DNA of 64,000 bases from an uncultured Bacilli bacterium (lineage in GTDB: Bacteria; Bacillota_I; Bacilli_A; RF39; UBA660). The notes beneath the pieces are model-generated. The model did not search any database and had not been told where the DNA came from. It worked only from the letters and a program-made list of their open reading frames with translations. Positions 1-10,109 of the stretch are shown piece after piece; position 1 is the first letter of the stretch; the number at the start of each line of letters is the position of its first letter. Made by a program: the position numbers and the translations under genes. The stretch is taken from assembly GCA_944371525.1 (NCBI GenBank), contig CALVXP010000001.1, forward strand, positions 24,860-88,859. The letters are read 5' to 3'.

Positions 1-2
1 TA

Positions 3-357
3 TTAAATAATTTTATTGTTAGACCTGCTATTGCAGATTTATATGTTGATGGTTCAGGAATAATTTATTTAGATCAAGAGCAATCTTTAGAAAGTGAACA
101 AATAGAAAAATATTTAAACAGTGAACAAATTAAAGATAAAATTAAAGATTCAAAAGATATTTTTACTTACTGTAATGGTGTTTATCCTGCAGATATGTCG
201 TTTACTTTTTTAACATTGGGCGACACTGTTATAACAACTTCAATACAACATGATGTATTTGAAGAAAAAAACAATGCTTTAAAATCATGTAGAAGTTCAT
301 TTTCACAATTACAACAAGATTATCAATTAAGTCAAAATAATGAATTTAAAAGATAAA
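3..357 (+). CDS. 3' end of an upstream gene (partial), unknown product
   Basis: Open frame from the window edge to TAA at 355-357. No recognisable motif. Confidence 0.35.
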
Positions 358-480
358 AACTATTATATTATTAAAAAAGCAAAGCAACTTTCACTACTTT
401 GTTTTTTTATATAAGAAAAAAATTGTAATATTTTTATATTTTTTAAGCAAGCAATCTCTGTTCCATAAAATAATATATTA

Positions 481-912
481 TTATCTAAATTTCCATGAAT
501 ATCCACAATTTTGGCATATAGCATATTTTTTAGTCTTGCTACCTTTTTTTGTCAATAACGGTATTAGTATAATAAGAAATAAAGTACAAAGGCATAATAT
601 AATCCACACAATAGAAGCAAATATTCCGCGTTTTTTTTGCTCTGCAACCAATTGAAAAGTAATATTATTACTTTTACATCTAGGACAAATAATTGCATAT
701 TTACTAATTGAATCATTATTGAATATATTAGTTGGTGCAGTACTAAAATTATCACCTCTAACCTCTTTGACAATATCACATATCCATCCTACCAAAAACA
801 AACCACATGTAAAAAAATAAAGTACCCCAATTCCAATTTCCCCATCAATAAATTTATGTAGGCCAAACCATCCTCCAAAAATAGTACACAATATTCGTTT
901 TTTGTTTTTCAT
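481..912 (-). CDS. Small membrane protein with TM2-like N-terminus and two CxxC zinc-ribbon motifs
   Basis: 143-aa ORF with a hydrophobic N-terminal segment, then CPRC...CQNC pairs. Confidence 0.45.
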   Translation of the reverse strand: MKNKKRILCTIFGGWFGLHKFIDGEIGIGVLYFFTCGLFLVGWICDIVKEVRGDNFSTAPTNIFNNDSISKYAIICPRCKSNNITFQLVAEQKKRGIFASIVWIILCLCTLFLIILIPLLTKKGSKTKKYAICQNCGYSWKFR

Positions 913-1102
913 TTTTTCATACTCCTATACAATTAATTTAAAGAAACAATGAATCTTATCAAATATAAAAATTAGTTATATACCGTTAATATTTATATCT
1001 ATTTATTTTTTATTTTATTAAAAGCTTATACTACTATATTATATTTTTTTCATATATTATATAATTATTATATAATAACTAAATTTAATTGTAAATTAAT
1101 TT

Positions 1103-1131
1103 TTGACAATTATAATTAATTGTGCTATTAT
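1103..1131 (+). promoter_or_regulatory. sigmaA-type promoter (TTGACA-17 nt-TATTAT)
   Basis: Exact TTGACA at 1103-1108, a 17-nt spacer, then TATTAT at 1126-1131. No ORF starts downstream before the terminator at 1215-1249. Confidence 0.5.
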
Positions 1132-1138
1132 GTATATA

Positions 1139-1250
1139 GATGAAGGAATCTTCATATAATAAAAATGGAAAACATTTAATTACTTTATTAAATGTCTACC
1201 AGTTTAATTGGGTTGACACTTATTCAATATGAATGAGTGTCATTTTTTTA
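1139..1250 (+). ncRNA. Candidate small RNA or leader transcript (about 110 nt) between a consensus promoter and an intrinsic terminator
   Basis: Three hairpins: GAAGgaatCTTC, ACATTTAATtactttATTAAATGT, and the terminator. Only a 4-codon ORF inside. Confidence 0.3.
1215..1249 (+). terminator. Rho-independent terminator (12-bp stem followed by T7)
   Basis: gacacttattca-ata-tgaatgagtgtc, then attttttt. Confidence 0.6.
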
Positions 1251-1282
1251 TTGCTATTACCAATAAGGTAAGGAGTAATAAA

Positions 1283-1399
1283 ATGATAGAAATATATCTA
1301 AGAACTTTTATAGCAAAAATTCTCTTTGACATTTTATCAAACCTCCTCTCTATTATAATTGGAGGTAGACACTCAGTAACTAATGTTTTCCACATCTAA
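1283..1399 (+). CDS. 38-aa hydrophobic peptide (MIEIYLRTFIAKILFDILSNLLSIIIGGRHSVTNVFHI), candidate small membrane protein or type I toxin-like peptide
   Basis: ATG lies 8 nt after AAGGAGT. A single predicted TM helix. Internal CCTCC...GGAGG hairpin. Confidence 0.3.
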   Translation: MIEIYLRTFIAKILFDILSNLLSIIIGGRHSVTNVFHI

Positions 1400-1548
1400 T
1401 TTTATTATTATTATATATATTAATCAATATACTTAACACATATTTTACTATTAAATTTATTAAAATATGATTACATTTTTACCATTATAAATATAACTAT
1501 TTTACTTATTTATTTATAAATGTTATAATTACATCTAGAGGTGAAACA

Positions 1549-2421
1549 ATGATTAATATTAGTGATAAATGGGAAGATTATGAATGTATATTAACTGGCG
1601 ATGGAGAAAAATTAGAAAGATGGGGAAATATTATTCTAAGAAGACCAGATCCTCAAATCATATGGAATAAAGATAATTTTGATATATGGAATAAATATGA
1701 TGCTTTCTATCATAGAAGTAATAAAGGTGGAGGCTATTGGGAATACAATAAAAAATTACCAGAATTCTGGACTATAAACTATAATAATTTAACTTTTAAA
1801 GTAAGCCCTACTAATTTTAAGCATACAGGCATATTTCCTGAACAAGCTACTAACTGGGATTATGTTACTGAAAAAATAAAAGAATTTAAAAGTAATAATA
1901 AAGAAGAGATGCGAATTCTTAACTTATTTGCATATACCGGATGTGCTACAATTGCTGCTTCTGCAGCTGGAGCAGATGAAGTTGTACATGTTGATGCTTC
2001 TAAAGGTGTGATTGAATGGGCTAAAGAAAATATGCATTTATCTAATTTAGATAATAATAAAATAAGATTTATTGTAGATGATGTAATAAAATTTTTAGAA
2101 AGAGAAAAAAGAAGAGGTAGAACTTATCATGGTATTATTATGGATCCTCCTAGTTATGGAAGAGGACCTAATAAAGAAGTCTGGAGATTAGAAGATAATT
2201 TAAAAGAACTATTAGACAAAGCAAAAGATGTACTTGACCCTAATTATTCATTTTTATTAATTAATTCTTATACAACAGGAGTATCTCCAATTTCTCTTAA
2301 TAATTTACTTAGTTTAACTTTTAATAATGCTAATGTTGAAACAGGAGAAATAGGACTACCCGTTACTAAAAATAATCTTATCTTGCCTTGTGGTATTTAT
2401 GGAAAAGTTACAAGAAAATAA
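1549..2421 (+). CDS. Class I SAM-dependent RNA methyltransferase (RlmI/YwbD-like)
   Basis: AYTGCATIA SAM-binding region and a DPPSY motif. RBS agaggtga precedes the ATG. Confidence 0.6.
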   Translation: MINISDKWEDYECILTGDGEKLERWGNIILRRPDPQIIWNKDNFDIWNKYDAFYHRSNKGGGYWEYNKKLPEFWTINYNNLTFKVSPTNFKHTGIFPEQATNWDYVTEKIKEFKSNNKEEMRILNLFAYTGCATIAASAAGADEVVHVDASKGVIEWAKENMHLSNLDNNKIRFIVDDVIKFLEREKRRGRTYHGIIMDPPSYGRGPNKEVWRLEDNLKELLDKAKDVLDPNYSFLLINSYTTGVSPISLNNLLSLTFNNANVETGEIGLPVTKNNLILPCGIYGKVTRK

Positions 2422-3073
2422 TATAATATACGAAGATAATCATATTATAGTAGTTAATAAGCCTGTAAATATTCCTGTTCAAGAAGATAGTAGTAAAGAT
2501 ATTGATTTACTTACATTAATAAAAAATTATTTAAAAGTTAAATATGATAAGCCAGGTAATGTATATTTAGGGCTTGTCCATAGATTAGATAGACCTGTCG
2601 GTGGAATTATGGTATTTGCCAAAACTTCTAAAGCAGCATCTAGATTATCAGAAGAAGTTAGAACTAATAAAATTAATAAAACTTATTATGCCGTTGTTCA
2701 TGGAAAAGTTAATAATAAAGGTCATTTAGAAGATTATTTATATAAAGATAATCAAACTAATACTTCTTATGTAGTAGATAAAACAAAAGGAAAACTTGCT
2801 ATATTAGATTACGAATTAACCCAATATAAAGATAATTTAAGCTTAGTTAAAATTAATTTAATTACAGGAAGATCTCATCAAATAAGAGTACAATTTTCGT
2901 CTCGAGGATATCCTTTAGTTGGAGACCAACGTTATAATAAAAATCCTATAAAAAATGTAAATGTTGCTTTATTTGCTAAAAAATTAGAGTTTATACATCC
3001 CACAAAAAAAGAACATCTATCATTTGAAATTAATCTTCCTGATAGATATCCTTTTAATTTGTTTAATTTATAA
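2399..3073 (+). CDS. RluA-family pseudouridine synthase
   Basis: HRLDRPVGG catalytic Asp motif and GRSHQIR motif. ATG at 2399 is preferred over the GTG at 2390. Confidence 0.8.
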   Translation: MEKLQENNIIYEDNHIIVVNKPVNIPVQEDSSKDIDLLTLIKNYLKVKYDKPGNVYLGLVHRLDRPVGGIMVFAKTSKAASRLSEEVRTNKINKTYYAVVHGKVNNKGHLEDYLYKDNQTNTSYVVDKTKGKLAILDYELTQYKDNLSLVKINLITGRSHQIRVQFSSRGYPLVGDQRYNKNPIKNVNVALFAKKLEFIHPTKKEHLSFEINLPDRYPFNLFNL

Positions 3074-3119
3074 ACTTTATACAATTAATAATGCTTTATA
3101 AAATTTAAATTTTATTTAT

Positions 3120-3151
3120 ATAGTCAATTTTAAATTGACTATTATTTTTTT
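3120..3151 (+). terminator. Intrinsic terminator after the rluA-family gene
   Basis: Perfect 10-bp palindrome atagtcaatt-tta-aattgactat followed by a T-run. Confidence 0.6.
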
Positions 3152-3190
3152 ATGTGTTACTATTTATTTAATAATAGTAGGAGTGTTAGT

Positions 3191-4261
3191 ATGAAGAGAA
3201 TATTGTATAGTTTGATAAATTGTTTGAACTTAGGGTTTAACTTAATTATTAAATACAAAATTATTTATTTGTTCATATTATTTTTATCATTTTTATTAAC
3301 TTCTCATACAACATTTAAACTACTCACATTAGAAAATAAAATTAATACAATTAAAAATAATATAACTCTTAAATTAGAAAATTATGTAAAAATTGAATAT
3401 TCCAATGTAGAAAATAATTATCATAATGGAGCACTAGGTCTCGCAAATTGTTTAAAAATACCATTAAACGAAACAGAATTAACAAGCAAAATGAATGAGA
3501 TAAAAAATGAATTAGAAAATTTATTTAATGAAAGTGAATTAAATTTTGCTTTTAAATATAAAGATATTTATACTGGATTTTCTTTATCATATAACAGTAA
3601 TCAAAATATATTTGCAGCTAGTACAATAAAAGCCCCAGAAGCAATATATATATATAAAGAAGCAGAAAATAAAAACATTGATTTAAATGACACTTTAACT
3701 TATACAGATAATTTTTATTCTGATGGAACCGGTATTTTAAAAGACACTCCTCCAAACAAAGCATATAACATACATGATTTAGTTAAATATTCAATTGTAA
3801 ATAGCGATAATATAGCACATTTAATTTTGAATAGCAAATACGGAAGTCAAAACATTTATAATTATTGGAAAAATTTAGGAACTACTGTAATATATGATAA
3901 CAATGGACCATGGGGAAACATTAATGCAAATGATGCTACTATAATAATGGAAGAATTGTATAACTATTATATGGACAATAATTATAGTTTTAATGAAGAA
4001 TTGATTAATTATTTTATTAATTCATGGAAAATTATTTCTAACCCAAATAAAAACATAAAAATAGCAAGCAAATCAGGTTGGAGTAATACCTCTTTACATG
4101 ATATGGCACTTATTTTCGATGAAAATCCATATATTCTTGTTATATTAACAAATAGAGGATATGTTGAATACCAAAGTTTTTTTAACAAAGTTTCTTCCCT
4201 AATTGCTGAATTTCAAAATCTTTATTGGGAAAAGAAAATGAATCGATGCATTAACATATAA
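3191..4261 (+). CDS. Class A beta-lactamase-like serine hydrolase, membrane-anchored or secreted
   Basis: STIK (SxxK), SDN and KSG motifs. N-terminal hydrophobic segment. Start at 3191 with an AGGAG RBS; the annotated upstream extension is unlikely. Confidence 0.55.
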   Translation: MKRILYSLINCLNLGFNLIIKYKIIYLFILFLSFLLTSHTTFKLLTLENKINTIKNNITLKLENYVKIEYSNVENNYHNGALGLANCLKIPLNETELTSKMNEIKNELENLFNESELNFAFKYKDIYTGFSLSYNSNQNIFAASTIKAPEAIYIYKEAENKNIDLNDTLTYTDNFYSDGTGILKDTPPNKAYNIHDLVKYSIVNSDNIAHLILNSKYGSQNIYNYWKNLGTTVIYDNNGPWGNINANDATIIMEELYNYYMDNNYSFNEELINYFINSWKIISNPNKNIKIASKSGWSNTSLHDMALIFDENPYILVILTNRGYVEYQSFFNKVSSLIAEFQNLYWEKKMNRCINI

Positions 4262-4582
4262 TTACTTAACTTTTACTAAGTATAATCTCTTTCGAAAAGC
4301 ACCACGCTTTTCTTTTTTTATATTTCTACATTTAATTAGATCTTCTAATGTATAACCATTATACTCTAATAAAGCAATTAATACTTCTAATACATCAGAA
4401 CATTCTTCTAAAGTCTCTTGTTTGGTTTTAGATTCTATTACTTCCTTGTATTCTTCATATAACTTTTTTAATATTTCTTCTTTATATTCAATATCATCTA
4501 ATACTCTTATTATAGGCTCTTCTCCATTATTCTTTATTATTTCAGGAATTTTATCCCTGACTAATTTATTATATTCTTTCAT
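4262..4582 (-). CDS. MazG-like all-alpha nucleotide pyrophosphohydrolase
   Basis: KLVRDKIPEII motif and EExxD/E acidic helices typical of the MazG/PRA-PH fold. Confidence 0.5.
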   Translation of the reverse strand: MKEYNKLVRDKIPEIIKNNGEEPIIRVLDDIEYKEEILKKLYEEYKEVIESKTKQETLEECSDVLEVLIALLEYNGYTLEDLIKCRNIKKEKRGAFRKRLYLVKVK

Positions 4583-4584
4583 AA

Positions 4585-7509
4585 TTATCTCTCCAATACT
4601 TCTAGATTGCTTACTATAACCTGATACTTGTCATATCTTCTTTCTACGACTCCATTAAATTTAACTATATCATTTACTTTTATATCATTATATTTTTCAT
4701 ATACTTTAGGAAATATTGTTAAATTAACCATTCCATATTCATCACTTGCATATATAAATGCCATAACATCATTTTTCTTAGTTACTATTTCTTTTATTCT
4801 ATTTACTTTTAATATTATAGTTATTCTTTTATCAAATAAATTTGGTATATTTAATGAATTGGTATCATCAACATTTTTATATTTACTAATTGGATCTTCA
4901 TTTAAGTAAAAACCAAATGTATTAAGTTCAAGAGTTGCTAAATATTCTTTTGGATACTCTTCATATATTACTAATTCTGGTTTTTCTATTTCAATAAGTC
5001 CAATGTCTTTAGACAGTTCTGCATAATTTAAAATTTCATCCAAGTTGTTAACAAGTGTATTTTTATTATAATTAAATTCATTAAAACATCCTGCTTCAAT
5101 TAAAGAGGTTATTGTTTTTCTATTAATTCCTAATGTATAAGTTCTTGTAACAAAATCTATAAAATCTGTAAATATCCCTTTTTCTCTTTCTTTTATTATT
5201 TGATTAGTTATAGTAGTACCAACATTTCTTATTATTGATAAAGGACACATTATTCCGTCAGTTACTGCAATATATTTATTAGTACTTTTATTAATACTAG
5301 GAAGTAGTACTTTTAAATTATTTGCTCGACATTCACTAATATAAATTTTTGTTTTGTAATCACTTCCTATTACATTAGTAAGTAAATTAGACATAAAATA
5401 TTTAAAGAAATATGTTTTTATAAACGCCATTTTATAAGCAATTATTGTATACGCTACTGAATGCGCTCTATTAAATCCATAATTAGCAAACTTAAGAATT
5501 AAGTCATAAACTTTTTTAGCAATATCTTTAGAATATCCTTTATTAATACTCCTTTCTATAAATTTAGATTCTTCTTTTAATAAAATTTCTTCTTTCTTCT
5601 TAGACATTGCTCTTCTTAAAATATCTGCTTCTCCTAGAGTATAACCCGCTAAAACCTGGGCTATTTGCATTATTTGTTCTTGATAAATTATTATTCCATA
5701 TGTAGGCTTTAAAATATTTTCTAAATCTTTATGAATATAGTCTATTTGTTCCTTTCCTTCTTTTCTTTTAATATAAGTATCAATATTATCCATAGGACCA
5801 GGTCTATATAAAGCAATTGCTGCAATTAAATCTTCAATATTATTAGGTTGTAATTTTTTTAAGAAAGAACGCATCCCTGGAGACTCAAATTGAAATATTC
5901 CATCAGTATTAGCAATTTTAAATATTTCATATGTTTTCTTATCATCAAGAGGTATCCTACTAAATGTTATATTTAATTTTTCTTTTTCTCTTATTTCTTT
6001 TATTACAGAATCAATTAAAGTTAAATTACTAAGTCCTAAGAAATCCATTTTTAATAACCCTAATGGTTCTAAATAATTCATAGAGTATCCTGTAACATAC
6101 ATTCCTAATTGATTTTTATAAAGTGGTATAGTCTCATCAATATCGTATCTACTCATAACGATACCAGCTGCATGAATAGATACATGCCTAGGTAGACCTT
6201 CTAATTTAAGGGCAATTTTATATATTTTTTTAAATATATCCACTGAATCTACTGTCATTTTAAACTTTTTATCATTTATGTAATTATCTTCTAATTTATC
6301 ATACTTAATTAATTTAGCAAATCCATCAACAGAATTGTTATCAACTTTTAATACTCTTGCAACATCTCTTATTACTTGTTTAGCACCAAGAGTATTAAAT
6401 GTAATAATACCAGCAACTTTCTTTTCACCATATTTATCTATTACATATTCAATTACTTCATTTCTTTTTTCAGAATCAAAGTCAATATCAATATCGGGCA
6501 TTGTTACTCTCTCAGGGTTTAAAAATCTTTCAAATAGTAAATTATATTTAATCGGATCTATATCTGTAATTCCCAATGTATAACTTACTAAACTACCCGC
6601 TGCGCTTCCTCTTCCTGGTCCTACTAAAATATCATGAAATTTAGCATATTTAACATAATCCCATACAATTAAAAAATAATTACAAAATCCCATTTTATTT
6701 ATAATATCTAGTTCATAATCTAGTCTATTTTTATACTCTTTTGTTACATTACCATCTAATCTTTTATCAAGACCTTTATAACATAAGTTTCTTAAATATT
6801 CATATGCGTCAATACTTTTATCATATATAGGCAACAAATCAGGTGTATATTCAATATTTAAGTTACAATCATTTGCTATATTAATAGTATTTTTTATATC
6901 TTCAATATCGCAAATACTCTCTACTTCTCTTTGATCTATTAAATATTTACCAACATGTGTATTTAATTCATATTCCCCGATTACTTTACTATCTTTTATC
7001 ATATATAAATAATCTAAATATTTATAATCTTCTTTTTCTAAATAAGATACATCATTTATAAATACTTTAGGTTTATTAATTTTTACTTTTTCTTCTTTGG
7101 TAGAGTATCCTATAAATTTATCTTCATATATATTATAAATATTATTATCATAAGTAGATATAGGAATAATTAAAATAAGGTTATCTTTATGCCTAATTAA
7201 ATCATCTAATACTAATTCTCTATCAGATATAAGAGTAGATAATTTAATTAAATTTTTATAACCATCTTTATTTTTAGCATATAATAATATTTTACTATCA
7301 TTTATTTTTAATTCTATACCTATTATTGGTTTTATATCATTTTTCTTACATTCAAGATAAAATTCCATTACCCCAAACATATTATTTGTATCTGTAATGG
7401 CTAAAGAGGTGTAACCTAGTTCTTTGGCCTTCTTTACAAGTTTAGGTATATGATTTAAGCTTTCTAATATTGAATAACTTGTCTTAACCTGTAATGCCAC
7501 ATATTCCAT
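4585..7509 (-). CDS. dnaE: DNA polymerase III alpha subunit DnaE
   Basis: 974 aa. N-terminal PHP domain and the polymerase core. PDIDIDF. Confidence 0.9.
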   Translation of the reverse strand: MEYVALQVKTSYSILESLNHIPKLVKKAKELGYTSLAITDTNNMFGVMEFYLECKKNDIKPIIGIELKINDSKILLYAKNKDGYKNLIKLSTLISDRELVLDDLIRHKDNLILIIPISTYDNNIYNIYEDKFIGYSTKEEKVKINKPKVFINDVSYLEKEDYKYLDYLYMIKDSKVIGEYELNTHVGKYLIDQREVESICDIEDIKNTINIANDCNLNIEYTPDLLPIYDKSIDAYEYLRNLCYKGLDKRLDGNVTKEYKNRLDYELDIINKMGFCNYFLIVWDYVKYAKFHDILVGPGRGSAAGSLVSYTLGITDIDPIKYNLLFERFLNPERVTMPDIDIDFDSEKRNEVIEYVIDKYGEKKVAGIITFNTLGAKQVIRDVARVLKVDNNSVDGFAKLIKYDKLEDNYINDKKFKMTVDSVDIFKKIYKIALKLEGLPRHVSIHAAGIVMSRYDIDETIPLYKNQLGMYVTGYSMNYLEPLGLLKMDFLGLSNLTLIDSVIKEIREKEKLNITFSRIPLDDKKTYEIFKIANTDGIFQFESPGMRSFLKKLQPNNIEDLIAAIALYRPGPMDNIDTYIKRKEGKEQIDYIHKDLENILKPTYGIIIYQEQIMQIAQVLAGYTLGEADILRRAMSKKKEEILLKEESKFIERSINKGYSKDIAKKVYDLILKFANYGFNRAHSVAYTIIAYKMAFIKTYFFKYFMSNLLTNVIGSDYKTKIYISECRANNLKVLLPSINKSTNKYIAVTDGIMCPLSIIRNVGTTITNQIIKEREKGIFTDFIDFVTRTYTLGINRKTITSLIEAGCFNEFNYNKNTLVNNLDEILNYAELSKDIGLIEIEKPELVIYEEYPKEYLATLELNTFGFYLNEDPISKYKNVDDTNSLNIPNLFDKRITIILKVNRIKEIVTKKNDVMAFIYASDEYGMVNLTIFPKVYEKYNDIKVNDIVKFNGVVERRYDKYQVIVSNLEVLER

Positions 7510-7526
7510 GGTTACACCTCCCTATA

Positions 7527-7823
7527 TTAAAATTTTAAAGCAATATATGCAATTACTAATCCTGCAATAACTGTTATCGCAGATAAAGCAGCCACCCCAG
7601 CAAATCCACTACTTCTAATTCCTATATCAGCATTTAATATATTTTCATGATGTTTTTTAACTAGTGAATTATTTTTTGGGCGCATTGTTTCTGATAATTT
7701 ATAATGACCACCCTTTAAATTTGTATTGTATGAATTTTGTTCTTCAATTATGAGTGTTGATTTATCTCCTCTTTCATCAACAAACTCTCTTTCAATATTA
7801 TTATTTTTCATTAGTACCCTCAC
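7527..7823 (-). CDS. Small protein with C-terminal TM anchor, unknown function
   Basis: 98-aa ORF whose ATGA overlaps the dnaI stop. C-terminal hydrophobic helix. Confidence 0.4.
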   Translation of the reverse strand: MRVLMKNNNIEREFVDERGDKSTLIIEEQNSYNTNLKGGHYKLSETMRPKNNSLVKKHHENILNADIGIRSSGFAGVAALSAITVIAGLVIAYIALKF

Positions 7824-8740
7824 TTTCTTTTATTCTCACTTACCATAACTAATACTTCAGTAAGTTGTTTTATTCTTTCTATTATTCTTCTTGCTTTTAC
7901 TTTTTCCAAAGAATTATTTGATAAACTAAAATGTTCTTCCAATTCTTCTATTGTAAAGTTTGAAGTAAAAAATGTTGCTAATCCTTGTTGCATTCGATAT
8001 TGTAAAATTGTTCCTAATATTTCATCGCGTCCCCAAGGAGTTGTCGTTTCCGCTCCAATATCATCAATAAGTAGTAATTCTACTTTTTTAATATAATTAA
8101 ACTTTGTTTTATATTCTTCATCATCATTAAATGATTCTTTTAAACTCCTTAAAAATTCTGGGAAATATATTATTGCTACTTTTTTATCTAACTTAGCAAG
8201 TTCATTTAACATTGCCGATATTAAATATGTTTTTCCACATCCAAAATTACCCGTTAGATATAATCCTTTTCCTTTTTCTCCCTTTTTATAATTATCAATA
8301 TATTTTTTTAACCATTTAATTACTTCAAATCTATCGGGATCATCTGTATAAATATCTTTCATTGAAGCATTTTTTATATCTTTTGGCATATCATATAATT
8401 CTATATTTTTTTGATATTGAGTCTTTTTATCTAATTCTTTTTTATATTTACATGGCATATAACAAAATACAACATTATCGTTTTCAACAATTGGATAATA
8501 TACATAACCTTCAACCATATTTTTACATTCAAATATATTTTTACAATTAGCACAATTATTAAGTTCGCGGACTGTATCTTCAATTTTAGAAGTATGTTTC
8601 ATTATCTCTTTTTTCGATGTTTTTAAAGTACCTACTACTTTTTTAAATTTTTCATTTTCCATTGACTGATTAAAATCATATTCTAACTTATCAATATTAG
8701 TTCTATATGTATTCTTTATTAAATCTTTCATACTATCCAT
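7820..8740 (-). CDS. dnaI: Primosomal helicase loader DnaI
   Basis: N-terminal Cys cluster. Walker A GNFGCGKTYL. AAA+ DnaC/DnaI family. Confidence 0.8.
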   Translation of the reverse strand: MDSMKDLIKNTYRTNIDKLEYDFNQSMENEKFKKVVGTLKTSKKEIMKHTSKIEDTVRELNNCANCKNIFECKNMVEGYVYYPIVENDNVVFCYMPCKYKKELDKKTQYQKNIELYDMPKDIKNASMKDIYTDDPDRFEVIKWLKKYIDNYKKGEKGKGLYLTGNFGCGKTYLISAMLNELAKLDKKVAIIYFPEFLRSLKESFNDDEEYKTKFNYIKKVELLLIDDIGAETTTPWGRDEILGTILQYRMQQGLATFFTSNFTIEELEEHFSLSNNSLEKVKARRIIERIKQLTEVLVMVSENKRK

Positions 8741-8741
8741 A

Positions 8742-10040
8742 TTATTGATACTCCTTTAATAATTCTTCAATAGCATTCTTTTCTTCTATTTGCGCTTCTT
8801 TTTTCTCTATTTTTTTATCAAACCATTCTGGTAATTTTTCTTCTTTTACTGTACTAGTACTAGTTACTTTAACTACTTTTTTATTATACTTTTTATGCTC
8901 TTTTTCAGCAAGTTTCATTGCCTCATCTACTGTTTCTATTTTAAGTCTTTTCCATTGACCCGCAATAGTTTCAACAAAATTTCTATTTAATTTATTATTA
9001 TTTGTTTTTAATGTATAATCTAAAAGAACATTTACTACACCCGGTTTTAAACCATGTTCTACAATTAAATCTTCTGCCAGTTTTAAATCCCTTTTAAGAG
9101 GTTCTGCCCCATTATTTTTTTTCTTTAATATATCATATGGAGATATTGTTTCAAAACTATATATCATTCTTGCTCTTTTAGAAGTATCGCCCACAGGATT
9201 TCTTAAATATTCTGGTTGAGTATTAGCTACTATACTAGGAAGAATTCCCCCATGATCAAATTGATAATAGTTACGACAACTTTTTCTTAATTCCTCTTTA
9301 CTTATAGTTCCTCTTTCATTAAGACAGCCTTTTATAATGTTTTGCATATGCATCGCATCTATTTCATATAAAAATGATAAATTTAAAATTAATTCTTTAA
9401 TATCTTTAGTAAAACATCTATCTATATCAACGCTCTTAGGCATAGATGAAATTAAAAAATTAAAGTCAAAATTAGTATTAATATTTAATTTAAGTTTATT
9501 ACATTTTCTTATATCATCATTAATCACATCATAAGATGTTAAAGGAACAGAACTAAACACTTCGGAAAAAGATGCTGTAATTTCTTCATACCCACTTGTA
9601 TTTAGTTTAGGTATTTTAAAATATTCGACTAATTTGTCATATTCTTTTTTTCCTACATTATTATATAACACAACATTTAATATTGGATGATTAAATATTT
9701 CATGAACAGATAATGGAGAATATAATTCATAAATATAATTATTAATATTACCTTTTTTTACCCTTGTTCTAAGAAGACCTACAGCTTCTAATTTTTCCCT
9801 AATACTAATAATTTCTTCTAAAGTTAAATGCATATTAGTAGCTAAATGTTGATGACTACATTCATCACTCATAAATTCCATTTTATCTAAATCTGCCCAT
9901 AATGTAAAATATAATATAATTGGTAAAGGTCCTATTATAGGTTGATATAACATATTTAAAATTTTTCTATCTTCATTATTCATTATGCTTTTATTTACAA
10001 CAATATAAGTATCTGCTGGTAATATGTTATTCTTGTCCAT
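8742..10040 (-). CDS. dnaB: Replication initiation and membrane attachment protein (Bacillus-type DnaB/DnaD-like)
   Basis: DnaB_2/DnaD-like domains. Conserved dnaB-dnaI gene order. Confidence 0.7.
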   Translation of the reverse strand: MDKNNILPADTYIVVNKSIMNNEDRKILNMLYQPIIGPLPIILYFTLWADLDKMEFMSDECSHQHLATNMHLTLEEIISIREKLEAVGLLRTRVKKGNINNYIYELYSPLSVHEIFNHPILNVVLYNNVGKKEYDKLVEYFKIPKLNTSGYEEITASFSEVFSSVPLTSYDVINDDIRKCNKLKLNINTNFDFNFLISSMPKSVDIDRCFTKDIKELILNLSFLYEIDAMHMQNIIKGCLNERGTISKEELRKSCRNYYQFDHGGILPSIVANTQPEYLRNPVGDTSKRARMIYSFETISPYDILKKKNNGAEPLKRDLKLAEDLIVEHGLKPGVVNVLLDYTLKTNNNKLNRNFVETIAGQWKRLKIETVDEAMKLAEKEHKKYNKKVVKVTSTSTVKEEKLPEWFDKKIEKKEAQIEEKNAIEELLKEYQ

Positions 10041-10109
10041 AATATCACTTTCCTTAAAAATATTTTATAATAAATCACTATAAAAGTAAAGGAAAAACAA
10101 TTACTATAA

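Noticed and set aside
564-779. Numerous 60-110-aa ORFs on the strand opposite long genes, for example 564-779, 4422-4619, 6335-6583, 16423-17022, 18981-19475, 28380-28688, 42611-42952 and 49989-50330.
   Set aside because: They are antisense to well-supported genes, are Ile/Leu/Phe/Ser-rich as expected from AT-rich antisense frames, and have no RBS.
3152-3190. N-terminal extensions offered by the ORF track: 3152 for the beta-lactamase-like gene, 54174 for cysS, 59045 for ysxC, 28147 for secA, 43236 for mbl, 16904 for ftsX and 32765 for the surface protein.
   Set aside because: In each case an internal ATG has a proper Shine-Dalgarno sequence and matches the conserved N-terminus of the family. 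The longer ORFs lack an RBS, overlap promoters or overlap upstream genes.
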